Shown here one piece after another: positions 8,696 to 19,027 of a stretch of DNA of 64,000 nucleotides. The notes under the pieces are model-generated. The model saw only the letters and a program-made list of their open reading frames with translations. It did not search any database and was not told the origin of the DNA. The position numbers and the translations under genes were made by a program. Source of the stretch: Chthonomonas calidirosea. Its GTDB lineage: Bacteria > Armatimonadota > Fimbriimonadia > Fimbriimonadales > Fimbriimonadaceae. The first letter of the stretch is position 1; each line of letters starts with the position of its first letter. Location of the stretch: NCBI GenBank assembly GCA_945859975.1, contig CAMAPH010000008.1:1-64000 (forward strand), in the 5' to 3' direction.

Positions 8696-11552
8696 ACAGA
8701 CCGTAGGACCAGAATTCGTTCTCGTCTGAAATGATTTCTTTGACCGGATTAATGCTGATCCGACATCGCGCAGCACCCGCGTTGTCCCTATATTCCCAGC
8801 CAGGCACCGTCACCTTTTTCACGGACGTTCCAGCGTAGTCAAATATCTCAATTTGAGACGGTCCCACGGATCCTGGGTCAGTGGCAATGTAGGTGAACAC
8901 CGTTAGGTAATGCTTCTTGTCTTCCGCCTTTTCCGTCATCAAGAAGAACCGTTGTCCGCTTACTGAGTCGATATCTTCTATGACGTGATAGCCGCGGTCA
9001 AACGACCAACCAGGATCACCGCCTCCGTTATAATAACCTTCTTCGAACATGCAGAATTCAGCTGCACTGGAAACTTTCACTGCATACAGGTGCCGGTAAA
9101 TCTCCACCAACATTTCCCCGTACTTCGTGCGCCGCGAGATTTCCAACTCTTCAAAGTCAAAGATGAAGTGGTCAAACTCGGCCCGGTCAGGATACCAAAG
9201 CGACATTCCGTTTCGTCCGGGTATTGCGCTACCTGCGTAGTTCTTCAGCACGACCGCTTTAAGGGCGTCTCGAATCTCAATTCCAGTGTTTCGATACGGA
9301 ATATTCACGCTCGCGATGAGGAAGTCGGCAACTTGCTTAAGGTCCCGGCTGTCCGGCCAACGGTTCGGTCCGGTGCGTGTTTCATGTCTCAAGACGGAGG
9401 GACAGAAGGCCTTGATATCCAACATCGAACGCCATACATTCGCGTTGTACAATCCGTTGAGCCCATTGCCATCTTCGTCTCCAACAATTCGATCTGACCA
9501 TTTATCGATCGCCGTGTCTAGATCGGGCATTTTCGTAAGATCAAAGGCTGCCAAATGCTCGTTTTGGAGTCCGAGCGCGGTGCTGTCCGACGCGAAATCG
9601 TCAACCACTCGAACGGCTAGCTCGTTGGCAGACATATCTGGTTTCAAAACAAGGCCCTTGAGAGTTAGGTCGTAGCGAATTCCACGACCGGGCATGAGTA
9701 CTTGTGAACCTACGTACGCCTTTGCAACGTCTTGGAACTCACTGACTACTTCCCACGATCCCATCAAGCACGCATCATTTACGAGCAAGTCAACGGGCCC
9801 GGTCCGCTTGATTACATCGTGCACATCCTGGATGGTCATGAAGTTGCCTGACCGATCGTCGTAAGATATCCCGTTCCGTTCCGGTCTGGAAATCGCACGA
9901 CCAAACTTGGCACTTCTCGTGGGTGGTTTCGTGTTACGGAATCCGTCGCCGTGATCCCACAGAATCAGGGCGTACTTTTCTGCCGGGCGGTATGTTTTGG
10001 CCCAGTTGATAAACTGCTCCAGTTCACTTGCCTGGCCCATGTCTCGCTCGCCAAGTTGCTGAACCGGACGAGTGATAACCTCTCCTTTATTTTGCGGGTC
10101 ATAAGCCATTAGATAACGCCCGGTATCCCCGAATGTTGTTCGGTCAGCTTGCGTTATTACGGACACGTCGGAGTTCGTACCTGTGAGGTAATCAACCCGT
10201 TCCATCTCATTTAAATCTAAGTCAATGTAATTGCTTAGGCTATTGTCACCATTCATGTACACCATCACGGTCCATTTTTGCGTGGCCGGCGTAGTGCCAA
10301 TCACCTCGTAGCATTCACCGTTTTGGCCATCGATGTAGTCAATGCTCGGCTCGAAAACGCCATTGGAATTGACATCCACAACAATGTCGTACTTACCGGG
10401 CACCAAATCCGGAAATGCCAAGATAAATGGAGAGAAGAGTTGATCTGGTGCGGCTGACGTGAAAACGATTGAATCCAAAGCTTGACCGGTTCCCAATGCA
10501 TCTCCCGCATTAAAGACCCGATCCTTGTAAACGTAAATGCGACCGACTCCAGGAATAGCCGAAACCGTAGGCGGTGCTACACCGATAACCAGATCGTTAA
10601 CCGCAAACAGAGTTTGCGGCTCAAAATCAATATTGTGCGCGATGTCAATTTCACCTCCCGGAGCCAGCCGACGTGAGCCCCCGATGCTGAAAGACCCAAG
10701 CAATTGGTCTTGCCGAAGATCCGTGCCAGCCTCGAAGGTTCCGTTCTTGTTAATGTCAAGAATGACTTCGAATCGGTAGGAGTTTGCCTCTGCATTAATC
10801 GTTGGCCAAAGTTCAGCTCTTGCGCTGCCATCGGCAGCAATCGTTACTCGCTCCGGGTTACCAACAAGCCGGAGCCGGCCTGGTGGAACGTCAGGATTTT
10901 CGCTAAAACCAGAAACATCTTTGAGCCTTTCTCCGGACCGAATTCCTATATCTTGCCTAACTATGTATGCATCAAAGCTATCACCAGGCGAAAATCCCTG
11001 GAATCTGGCCGTTACCGAGTCACCGGCGGCAAAGAGCCTCTTCGCTTCAAAAGATTCTGTTCCTTTGCCCAGTCGATATCCTTTGCCTACTCCTTCAGCA
11101 ACTGAGAATGTCTGACTACCAACCGGTGTTACCACCGTGCCTTCAAGACGCGAGACTCGCATTGTGTAGGTTCCCGCCTCAAGCAATGGGGTGACGAGCG
11201 TTGACCGGATAGCACCCGCCTTATCTGTCGATACCGTGTTGTAGGAGACGACTTTTTCACCGTTTGGTGCCGTGATCAAGTTCTTTGCTCCGGTTACGAC
11301 GACTTCATATTTCGCCTTTGCCGCCAAGCCAGCTGCATCTGCCATCAGCCCCTTGCCTGCCGCAATCGGACCGCTTAGCGCACCACCAGCGGAGTCCTTG
11401 AAGGTGAAGTTGCTGATGCTCCCTATCGGTCCCCCTGCGCCAGAGCTCGAGGAAGAGCTACCGCAGCCATCGCCGCCGCAGCCGGCGAGAGTTAACAGAA
11501 GGCCATAACAACAAGTGCGAGAAAACAAACGCGCGAAACTTTTCTTAGACAT
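8694..11552 (-). CDS. lipoprotein with clostripain-family (C11) cysteine peptidase domain
   Basis: Lipobox LAGC; KWTVMVYMNGDNSL, catalytic His in LWDHGDG and Cys in DACLMG. Confidence 0.88.
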   Translation of the reverse strand: MSKKSFARLFSRTCCYGLLLTLAGCGGDGCGSSSSSSGAGGPIGSISNFTFKDSAGGALSGPIAAGKGLMADAAGLAAKAKYEVVVTGAKNLITAPNGEKVVSYNTVSTDKAGAIRSTLVTPLLEAGTYTMRVSRLEGTVVTPVGSQTFSVAEGVGKGYRLGKGTESFEAKRLFAAGDSVTARFQGFSPGDSFDAYIVRQDIGIRSGERLKDVSGFSENPDVPPGRLRLVGNPERVTIAADGSARAELWPTINAEANSYRFEVILDINKNGTFEAGTDLRQDQLLGSFSIGGSRRLAPGGEIDIAHNIDFEPQTLFAVNDLVIGVAPPTVSAIPGVGRIYVYKDRVFNAGDALGTGQALDSIVFTSAAPDQLFSPFILAFPDLVPGKYDIVVDVNSNGVFEPSIDYIDGQNGECYEVIGTTPATQKWTVMVYMNGDNSLSNYIDLDLNEMERVDYLTGTNSDVSVITQADRTTFGDTGRYLMAYDPQNKGEVITRPVQQLGERDMGQASELEQFINWAKTYRPAEKYALILWDHGDGFRNTKPPTRSAKFGRAISRPERNGISYDDRSGNFMTIQDVHDVIKRTGPVDLLVNDACLMGSWEVVSEFQDVAKAYVGSQVLMPGRGIRYDLTLKGLVLKPDMSANELAVRVVDDFASDSTALGLQNEHLAAFDLTKMPDLDTAIDKWSDRIVGDEDGNGLNGLYNANVWRSMLDIKAFCPSVLRHETRTGPNRWPDSRDLKQVADFLIASVNIPYRNTGIEIRDALKAVVLKNYAGSAIPGRNGMSLWYPDRAEFDHFIFDFEELEISRRTKYGEMLVEIYRHLYAVKVSSAAEFCMFEEGYYNGGGDPGWSFDRGYHVIEDIDSVSGQRFFLMTEKAEDKKHYLTVFTYIATDPGSVGPSQIEIFDYAGTSVKKVTVPGWEYRDNAGAARCRISINPVKEIISDENEFWSYGL

Positions 11553-11593
11553 TTCGATCAGAGCAAGATTGTCTGATCTGCAAGCGCAACGCT

Positions 11594-11614
11594 AATTCCC
11601 CTTATCAGGGGGTT
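11594..11614. promoter_or_regulatory. palindromic candidate operator for the adjacent LuxR regulator
   Basis: CCCC-TTATCA-GGGG inverted repeat about 45-60 bp upstream of the clostripain start. Confidence 0.4.
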
Positions 11615-11623
11615 CCTTGGGTT

Positions 11624-12460
11624 CTATGACATTGAATTGCGCTGCGACAGGGTGGCGATGAGAAGTTCGGCACGTGAACGCACGCCGAATTTTCCGTACA
11701 AATCTTTCACATAACCGTGCACGGTATGCGGACTAAGTGAAAGCTGTTTTGCTATCTCCTTTTCAGACAAACCGGCCTGCACGCCTCCCAAAACCCGGCG
11801 CAAGCGATGCGGAAGAGCCTGAATCTGACTTTCCGTCTCGCTTGATGCCTCTCTCCAAATATCCGCGAGAATGGGCTCAACAGAATGTAGGAAAGAAAAG
11901 GCCAAATCCCGTTCCTCCTCCGTGAATTGCGGCTTGCCGATGGCGCGTACGAAGCAAACCGTCCAAATAACCTTCGTTCCGCTAGCTAAATCGCGGAACG
12001 ATGTCGAAATGTACATACAGGCATCCTGCCCGGCTGGAATACGAAACTCCTTATAGTGCGGTGACTCGTACCAAGCCTCATCTGAAATGAGGTCTTCTCG
12101 ACGCGCCGCGAAAGGACCACCAAACTTTGGATCCTTCATAAACGCCTCCACGAATGGGTCCGGAAAGGCATCACAGTCCTTTGCATACCGGTCACGTTGG
12201 CTCCGCGCGGCCGTGCTCCACTCGCCGACATCAATGATTCGTTCGATGTTCAGCTGGCCAGAATTCGAGATGGACGACTTTGAGAGAAAGCCAGCCAAGG
12301 CATCAATCTGAGCTGTAGCGGAATCAAAGATGAGCTTTATCTGACCAACCGGATCCGCACAATCTTGCATGGATCGAACGAGGGTTCGAGACCATGCGAT
12401 CAGGTCGGTCTGGCTACAGCGAGAACGGTTTACCGCCGTGCCGAGCGAACTGGCAGACAT
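11624..12460 (-). CDS. LuxR-family HTH regulator with N-terminal GAF-like sensor
   Basis: GLSEKEIAKQLSLSPHTVHGYVKDLYGKFGVRSRAEL; ATG at 12460 avoids overlap with the upstream gene. Confidence 0.88.
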   Translation of the reverse strand: MSASSLGTAVNRSRCSQTDLIAWSRTLVRSMQDCADPVGQIKLIFDSATAQIDALAGFLSKSSISNSGQLNIERIIDVGEWSTAARSQRDRYAKDCDAFPDPFVEAFMKDPKFGGPFAARREDLISDEAWYESPHYKEFRIPAGQDACMYISTSFRDLASGTKVIWTVCFVRAIGKPQFTEEERDLAFSFLHSVEPILADIWREASSETESQIQALPHRLRRVLGGVQAGLSEKEIAKQLSLSPHTVHGYVKDLYGKFGVRSRAELLIATLSQRNSMS

Positions 12461-12476
12461 GCCTTCGTGACGCGCC

Positions 12477-13826
12477 CTACTGGACAACGGACTCTCCAGA
12501 CCCATCGTTGGCCATCTTCGCCGTCGGGTTCACCATTCGTGCAACGCAAGCGGCGATGGTCATGTCCCCCGTGACGTTCAGCACGGTTCTCGACATATCC
12601 AAAATCCGGTCAACTCCAAGCACGATTCCAACTGCGGCCACCGGAATCACCTGACCGTTTGCCGAGGTCAAGCCCGCCATGATCGTCGTAATCATCGGCC
12701 AAGCGCCGCCCGGGATTCCAGCGGTGCCAATTCCGCCGACAATCGACAGCCCCATCACCATCAGCTGCTGCGTGATCGTCAGGTCAAGGCCGAACATTTG
12801 GGCGAAGAACAAGATCGTGATGCCTTCGAAAAGGGCCGTGCCGTTCTGGTTTGCCGTTGCGCCGACGGTGAGAACGAACGAAGAAACGTCCTTCGGCAAA
12901 TGAACCTCATCGGTTGCCGCCTTTAGAGCGGTCGGCAAAGTCGCGTTGCTTGAGCTGGTCGCAAATGCCGTGATCATCGTTGTCCGCATCTGGCGGAAGA
13001 ACTCAATTGGATTCCGCTTGGCGATCAGCTTCAGCACGATACTGTAGGTCAAGTATTGGTGGATAACTAGACACACCAAGACCACCAACACGTAAGCCCC
13101 GACGGCGGCAAACACCTCCAATCCCAAAGTCGAGGTCGCCCGAAACACGAGGAAGAACACCGCGATCGGGCCGTAGGCCATGGCGTAGTCGATCACCTTC
13201 TGACTCGCCGCAAAAATCCCTTCGAAGAACACCTTGACCGGTTCGGATTTTTCTTTCTCGATCGCCGAGAGCGCGATGCCGAACACGATGGCAAAGAACA
13301 TGAACGGCAGCAATCCGCCTTCGAGTGCGCGGTTGATTTCCTTGAAAGGGTTCTTCGGGATCACGCCAAGCAAGGGCGGATCATCGGGTCCTTTCTTCGC
13401 CGATTCCAAGAATTTGGCCGCTTGCTCGGTGTTTCCGTATTGCTTCTCCAGCGCACCACGCTGTTCCAGCGAGATCACTTTTCCGGGCTGAACCAAGTTG
13501 ACCGCCGCGACGCCGAGACCAACCGCAGTTCCGCTAAGGACTACCGTCATGATGAGCGAATAGATGCCAACCTTCCCCACGCGTGCCGCGTCGCCGAGCT
13601 CGCCGACACCCAGCAGGAGCGCCGAGAACAGCAATGGCACCACCACCATGAACAGCATGTAGAGGAATATGTTGCCAGCTGGCGTGGCGATGACTTCCAC
13701 AAACCACTTCAGGTTTTCGTTCGTTGCCCCAAACAGGGCCTGCACGATTCCTCCCGTGATCGCCCCAAGAACGAGGCCGATGAGAATTTTCGTGTGGAGC
13801 GGAATCTGCTTCAGGCGCGACATCAT
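12477..13826 (-). CDS. dicarboxylate/amino acid:cation symporter (DAACS, GltP-like)
   Basis: AFATSSSNATLP, GATANQNGTAL, DRILDMSRTVLNVTGD. Confidence 0.95.
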   Translation of the reverse strand: MMSRLKQIPLHTKILIGLVLGAITGGIVQALFGATNENLKWFVEVIATPAGNIFLYMLFMVVVPLLFSALLLGVGELGDAARVGKVGIYSLIMTVVLSGTAVGLGVAAVNLVQPGKVISLEQRGALEKQYGNTEQAAKFLESAKKGPDDPPLLGVIPKNPFKEINRALEGGLLPFMFFAIVFGIALSAIEKEKSEPVKVFFEGIFAASQKVIDYAMAYGPIAVFFLVFRATSTLGLEVFAAVGAYVLVVLVCLVIHQYLTYSIVLKLIAKRNPIEFFRQMRTTMITAFATSSSNATLPTALKAATDEVHLPKDVSSFVLTVGATANQNGTALFEGITILFFAQMFGLDLTITQQLMVMGLSIVGGIGTAGIPGGAWPMITTIMAGLTSANGQVIPVAAVGIVLGVDRILDMSRTVLNVTGDMTIAACVARMVNPTAKMANDGSGESVVQ

Positions 13827-13935
13827 CCGCGCTATCGTATCAGGATTTTTTGCCTAAGGACCCATCCGAGCAGATTTCTGGCGCCTCTCCATCGACTAAC
13901 CTTAAGAAAGTTGGCGAATCCATCGCCTCCACAGG

Positions 13936-14526
13936 TTGAAAGTCATGCTCGGTCTTCTTCTCATTGCCAGCCAACAAGTAGCCCAAACTCCTGCCCCGCC
14001 CGTGATGCAGTTCACCTTAAAGGACTCAACTGGAAAAGTGCAGGCAATCACGGGGTCGTCCACATCACGGGCGGCGGTGCTGTTTCTTGTTCTTCCAGAC
14101 TGCCCGATTGCACGGCAATACGCCTCAGAAATGGAGCGGATTCGAAAAGACTACGCTAAGAAAAATATCCGTACTTACACGGTGATCGCGGACCCGGACT
14201 ACACGCCCGCAAAGGCAAAAGTCTACGCCAAGGAATACGGCATCGGCTCCCCTATCATCCTCACGAGCCAAAGCCCGATCATCTTCGATAGCGGCAATCC
14301 GATCAGCCCGATGGCGATCCTCATCAGGAACGATAGCGTCATAATCTACCAAGGTCGGATCGACGATCGCTTCCCGAAACTAGGCGTTCAGCGAAAGCCC
14401 CAGCGACGAGACCTGCGTATCGCGCTGGATCAGTTCTTGGCGGGCAAGCCGGTGACCGTTCAGAAAACCAAAGCGATCGGCTGTATCATTCCGCCTGAAT
14501 TCCTCAAAGGTCGAGGCGTGCAGTAA
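13936..14526 (+). CDS. exported redoxin / AhpC-TSA-like protein
   Basis: Signal peptide; DCPIA, YQGRIDD, AIGC. Confidence 0.8.
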   Translation: MKVMLGLLLIASQQVAQTPAPPVMQFTLKDSTGKVQAITGSSTSRAAVLFLVLPDCPIARQYASEMERIRKDYAKKNIRTYTVIADPDYTPAKAKVYAKEYGIGSPIILTSQSPIIFDSGNPISPMAILIRNDSVIIYQGRIDDRFPKLGVQRKPQRRDLRIALDQFLAGKPVTVQKTKAIGCIIPPEFLKGRGVQ

Positions 14527-15277
14527 CGAACGTGTGGTCGCTGGGCTTCTCGAGCTTTCTCGCGGCGACGTCGATTTCGACGTCCTTCACCAAGCCAACC
14601 AGAGGCTCGGTCACGTAGATGTGATCAATTCGCCATCCAAGCTTCCGGTCCACCGCGCGAGGCACCGTGAAATCCCAAAACGTGTACTCAATCTCAGTGG
14701 GATACAGGTGCCGGTAGGTGTCCGTGAGTCCGAAGTCCACGATTCGGTCGAGCCGCGAGAATTCATCCGGGTGGTGCCCAACCATGCCCAGCTTCCGGTC
14801 GCTTTCGTAAACGTCGATTCCCGTCGGCGCGATGTTGATGTCCCCTAGCCAGATGACCGGGGCCTGCGGCGAATACCGCTCGCGCAGCAGGCGAGCAAAT
14901 CGCTCCAGCCAAACCATCTTGTAAACCCACTTGTCTCTGCCTACCGTGTTCCCGTTCGGAACGTAGGTGTTAATGATTTCGATCCCGGAGATCGTCGCCG
15001 AAATCACCCGAGCATCTTGCGGCATCAATTCGTCGCCAAAGCCAATCTGCACATTCTCAATGGGTAGCCGCGAAAGGAAGCAAACCCCGTTCCAGCTCTT
15101 TTGCCCGTTAAGTGCAAGCTCGTAACCACGCGCTTCGAATTCCTCAACCGGAAACTTGTCGTTCTCGACTTTCGTCTCCTGGATTGCCACCACGTCCGGC
15201 TCGTTCTCGTCCAGCCATTCCAAAAGTCGCGGCAATCTCGCTCGCACCGATGCGGCGTTGTACGTGCAAATCTTCAC
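14504..15277 (-). CDS. xth: exodeoxyribonuclease III
   Basis: KICTYN, IQETK, YVPNG, GDINIA, WRIDH, SDH; GTG start at 15277. Confidence 0.95.
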   Translation of the reverse strand: MKICTYNAASVRARLPRLLEWLDENEPDVVAIQETKVENDKFPVEEFEARGYELALNGQKSWNGVCFLSRLPIENVQIGFGDELMPQDARVISATISGIEIINTYVPNGNTVGRDKWVYKMVWLERFARLLRERYSPQAPVIWLGDINIAPTGIDVYESDRKLGMVGHHPDEFSRLDRIVDFGLTDTYRHLYPTEIEYTFWDFTVPRAVDRKLGWRIDHIYVTEPLVGLVKDVEIDVAARKLEKPSDHTFVTARLDL

Positions 15278-15304
15278 CGGCCAAATTCTAATCCAGAATG
15301 AGAC

Positions 15305-16630
15305 ATGCCGTTTGATCTCCTCCTCACGAATGCCCAAGTTGTGACCCCAACCGGAACCGCGGTTGGAGACATTGGAATCATCGACGGCAAGATTGCGGCC
15401 CTCGGTTCCCTGACCGATGCCAGCGCTGCCGAAACCATCGACTGCTCCGGCCTCACCATCATCCCGGGGCTCATCGACACTCAAGTCCACTTCCGAGAGC
15501 CCGGACTGGAGCACAAGGAGGACCTTGAATCCGGCACCCGAGCGGCACTTATGGGCGGAGTCACGAGCATCCTCGAGATGCCAAATACGTCACCTAACAC
15601 AACCGACGCCATCACGCTGCAAGACAAACTGAACCGCGCGGCTGGACGCGCATGGGCGAACTACGGATTCTTCATCGGTGCCTCCACCGAAAACGCCGAG
15701 CAACTCGGTGAGCTTGAACAGTTACCAGGCTGTCCGGGAATCAAGATCTTCATGGGTAGCTCAACCGGTAGCTTGCTGGTGTCCGCGGAGGAGGACCTGC
15801 GAAAGGTCTTGCAAAACGGCAAGCGCCCGTGTCCCATTCACGCCGAGGACGAGCCTCGAAACCGAGCACGAAAGTCCCTGATCTCCGAGGAACCATCCGC
15901 CCGCGAGCATCCCTTCCTGCGCGATAGCGAAAGTGCAATCATGGCGACTCGGCAGATTCTCCGACTTAGCAAAGAAACCGGCCGACCAGTCCACGTGCTG
16001 CACATCAGCACCAAGGAAGAGCCGTGGATCATCGATGAAGCCCGCAAAACCGGTGTCCGCGCAACTTCCGAGGTCACTCCGCAGCATCTTTTCTTCGCCG
16101 GTCCCGAGTGCTATGACCGCCTCGGATCGCTGGCCCAAATGAACCCACCCATCCGAAGTGAAGAAGACCGCGCCGGGCTGTGGCGCGCGCTGGACGAAGG
16201 TCTCTTCGATGTGTTCGGTAGCGATCATGCACCGCACACCCTCGAAGAAAAGTCCAAGCCCTACCCTGCCTCGCCGAGCGGAATGCCCGGAGTCCAAACG
16301 CTTCTGCCGGTGCTTCTGACTTTTGTAGCCCAAGGTCGGCTTGCGCTTGAAAAGCTAGTGCGGATGTCTTCAAAGCGCCCTGCGGAGCTCTACAGCATCC
16401 AGGGCAAGGGATCGATTGCAGTTGGCATGGACGCGGATCTGACCATCGTGGACCTCAACCGAAAGTGGACTTTTGAACGATCCTACGTTGAAAGCAAATG
16501 CGGATGGTCGCCTTACGAAGGGGAAACCTTCACCGGCGCGGTTGAGCACGTCATCCTAGACGGCTCCGTGGCCGTCCGTTCTAGCGAGCGCATCGCGAAA
16601 CCGACCGGCCAAATGCTCGAATTTCGGTGA
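15305..16630 (+). CDS. pyrC: dihydroorotase (amidohydrolase family)
   Basis: PGLIDTQVHFREPG, EMPNT, MNPPIR, SDHAPH. Confidence 0.85.
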   Translation: MPFDLLLTNAQVVTPTGTAVGDIGIIDGKIAALGSLTDASAAETIDCSGLTIIPGLIDTQVHFREPGLEHKEDLESGTRAALMGGVTSILEMPNTSPNTTDAITLQDKLNRAAGRAWANYGFFIGASTENAEQLGELEQLPGCPGIKIFMGSSTGSLLVSAEEDLRKVLQNGKRPCPIHAEDEPRNRARKSLISEEPSAREHPFLRDSESAIMATRQILRLSKETGRPVHVLHISTKEEPWIIDEARKTGVRATSEVTPQHLFFAGPECYDRLGSLAQMNPPIRSEEDRAGLWRALDEGLFDVFGSDHAPHTLEEKSKPYPASPSGMPGVQTLLPVLLTFVAQGRLALEKLVRMSSKRPAELYSIQGKGSIAVGMDADLTIVDLNRKWTFERSYVESKCGWSPYEGETFTGAVEHVILDGSVAVRSSERIAKPTGQMLEFR

Positions 16631-18106
16631 TTACTTGGCGTCCATCGCATTGACCCCGTCATACGTGTCGAACGGATCGCTCAGATCGATGTGCCGATCA
16701 CGAGCGGTCTGAACCCCGTTCCAGTCGAACACGTAATAGCGCGACTTCTTCTGCAGCACCTGCTCCACCAACCGCGCGCGGCCCTTGGCCCGCGTGTTCT
16801 GCGGCGGATCGGTCATCGCGGTGACGATATCCAAGTCATCGACCATCCGCTTCGTCTTGCCCATCTCTTGATAGGCATGGAAGAGCGACGCCGCGGGATC
16901 GATGTTGTGATACTCAAGGTCGACGGAATGCAGCGCGTCGTCCTGCCATTCTAGTCCCTCTTCCGTTCGGTACTGATCGACAATCTGCCGCTTCGCAACC
17001 CAGTCGATTCGATCTCCAAGCTGCATCGGGTCCTTCTCCAATCCGTCCAAGATCGACGCCCAGTTGTCCAGCGTCCAGTTAATCTGCTCGCTCTCGTCCC
17101 GATACGCCTGCGCGAGTTCCAGATATTGGCGTTGGATGTCTATCGCGTTCGAAGTCGAGCCGTCCAGCATTTCGACCTTCCATTGGTAAGAAGGATCACG
17201 CGAAACCTGACGGAGCGCAATTAGCGGCTGAGCGATGATCATCGACTCAGGAATGCGGCCTTCCTCGGCTAGTCGGAGCGCAATCAGCGTCGTACCGATC
17301 TTGAGCGCATACGCAAACTCGTTCTGGTTGCTCTCGCCGAAGAGCATGTGGAGCCGCGTGAACCCATTGTGCGAATAGAAGTGCTCCCACTTCGGATTGA
17401 TCAGCGCGCGGTTGAACCGGACGCGCGAGGCGAGCGTTTTGATAATGTGGTCGGCGCGCTGGCTAAGCTGAAAATCAACGCCGTCGTCTGGAATCACGCC
17501 ATACACGTTCGAAACCCAAATGTAATCGACCGGGTTGTTCGCCATCTCCTGATAGCTCGGTCGATATCCGCCGGCGGTCAAAACATGACCACCGACTCGT
17601 CCAACTCCAGCAAAAATTTGGCGGGTCACGAGGAACGGATACAGCAACACAACGCCGGACTCGAGGAGCGAGTCATCCGCCCGGACCATGTAGTTCTCGT
17701 GGCAGCCAAACGTGTGCCCTCCAAAGTGGTCAACGCTGTTGTTGTAAACGCTGACCACATCCTGAACGCCGAGATCATAAATTGCTCGAACAATCTGCCG
17801 TTGCCCTGCTCGGTCGTTCGCCACTAAGTCCGTCAACGAAAGACATTCCGCCGTTGCATATTCAAGGTGACTTCCGACCGCGTCGATGTACATTCGCGCG
17901 CCATTCATCAGGAATCCGCCGGATTGTGCCGGCTCAAAAACGTCGTCTCTCGAATGAAGGTCGATTGCGCCGAGCTTCATTTCATAGAACAGCGTGTCCT
18001 TGATGGCCTCAACCACGCCCTCCGGAGTTCCAAGGTTCTCGTCCGCGACGAGGCATCCAAACTCTGTTTCAACTCCGAAAATACGATCACCGGGGCGGCG
18101 GCTCAT
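16631..18106 (-). CDS. Pup/UBact-protein ligase PafA-like (PafA/Dop family)
   Basis: IFGVETEFG, NGARMYIDAVGSHLEYATAEC, GCHENY, FLVTRQ, LSQRA, DWVAK, DLEYH, TRAKGR. Confidence 0.9.
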   Translation of the reverse strand: MSRRPGDRIFGVETEFGCLVADENLGTPEGVVEAIKDTLFYEMKLGAIDLHSRDDVFEPAQSGGFLMNGARMYIDAVGSHLEYATAECLSLTDLVANDRAGQRQIVRAIYDLGVQDVVSVYNNSVDHFGGHTFGCHENYMVRADDSLLESGVVLLYPFLVTRQIFAGVGRVGGHVLTAGGYRPSYQEMANNPVDYIWVSNVYGVIPDDGVDFQLSQRADHIIKTLASRVRFNRALINPKWEHFYSHNGFTRLHMLFGESNQNEFAYALKIGTTLIALRLAEEGRIPESMIIAQPLIALRQVSRDPSYQWKVEMLDGSTSNAIDIQRQYLELAQAYRDESEQINWTLDNWASILDGLEKDPMQLGDRIDWVAKRQIVDQYRTEEGLEWQDDALHSVDLEYHNIDPAASLFHAYQEMGKTKRMVDDLDIVTAMTDPPQNTRAKGRARLVEQVLQKKSRYYVFDWNGVQTARDRHIDLSDPFDTYDGVNAMDAK

Positions 18107-18205
18107 GGTCATAGTCTACGTACGTGAAGGCCAGTTTGCCCACCAGCCTTTGTCAGCATAGGCAACTCGCCGTCGGAAGGACCCGGTCTGGTATCTTGGA
18201 TAGCC

Positions 18206-19027
18206 TTGAGAAGTCCGGCTAGCGGTCCCGATGGAGCATTCCTTCAGTGTCAGAACTGCAAGAAAATTATCTTCTCCGTGGAGTTCGAACAGAATTTGCG
18301 GGTGTGTCCACACTGTCAACACCATCACCGGTTGACCGCGCAAATTCGCATCGACTGGACGTTTGACGAGGGCTCCTTCGTCGAGCACGACACCGGCCTA
18401 AGCTCGGTAGACCCACTTGGGTTCCCAGATTACGGCAAAAAGCTCGAACAACTGAACGCAAAGGGCGAGAATCACGACTCCGTTCTAAGCGGTACGGCGA
18501 CGATTGAAGGCCTTAAGGTCAGCGCGGCCGTTTGCGATTTCGCCTTCATCGGCGGCTCGATGGGTAGCGTTGCCGGCGAAAAGATCACCCGCGCGCTTGA
18601 GCGAGGCATCGAACTCAAATGTCCAGTAATCATCTTCTGCGCCTCGGGCGGCGCTCGCATGCAAGAGGGACTGCTGAGCCTGATGCAAATGGCAAAAACC
18701 ACCGGCGCCGTCGAAAAGTGCCGGGCTAACGGCATCCCATACATCGCGGTGTTCACCGACCCAACGATGGCCGGCGTTCTCGCAAGCTATGCCAGCGTGG
18801 CGGACGTCATTATCGCGGAGCCGAAAGCGCTCGTGGGTTTTGCGGGTCTCCGCGTAAGCAAGCAGGCGGGCGTTGGTAAAGTGCCCGACGATTTCCAAAC
18901 CGCCGAATTCGTTCTCAAACACGGCATGATCGATCGCATCGTCTCTCGAAAAGAACTCCGAGCAACCCTAGCAGGCCTCGTCCGAACCCTTGGCGGACAC
19001 CTTCTTCATGCGGAGGCAGAAGCCTGA
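18206..19027 (+). CDS. accD: acetyl-CoA carboxylase carboxyltransferase beta subunit
   Basis: C4 zinc finger, GGSMGSV, SGGARMQEG. Confidence 0.96.
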   Translation: MRSPASGPDGAFLQCQNCKKIIFSVEFEQNLRVCPHCQHHHRLTAQIRIDWTFDEGSFVEHDTGLSSVDPLGFPDYGKKLEQLNAKGENHDSVLSGTATIEGLKVSAAVCDFAFIGGSMGSVAGEKITRALERGIELKCPVIIFCASGGARMQEGLLSLMQMAKTTGAVEKCRANGIPYIAVFTDPTMAGVLASYASVADVIIAEPKALVGFAGLRVSKQAGVGKVPDDFQTAEFVLKHGMIDRIVSRKELRATLAGLVRTLGGHLLHAEAEA

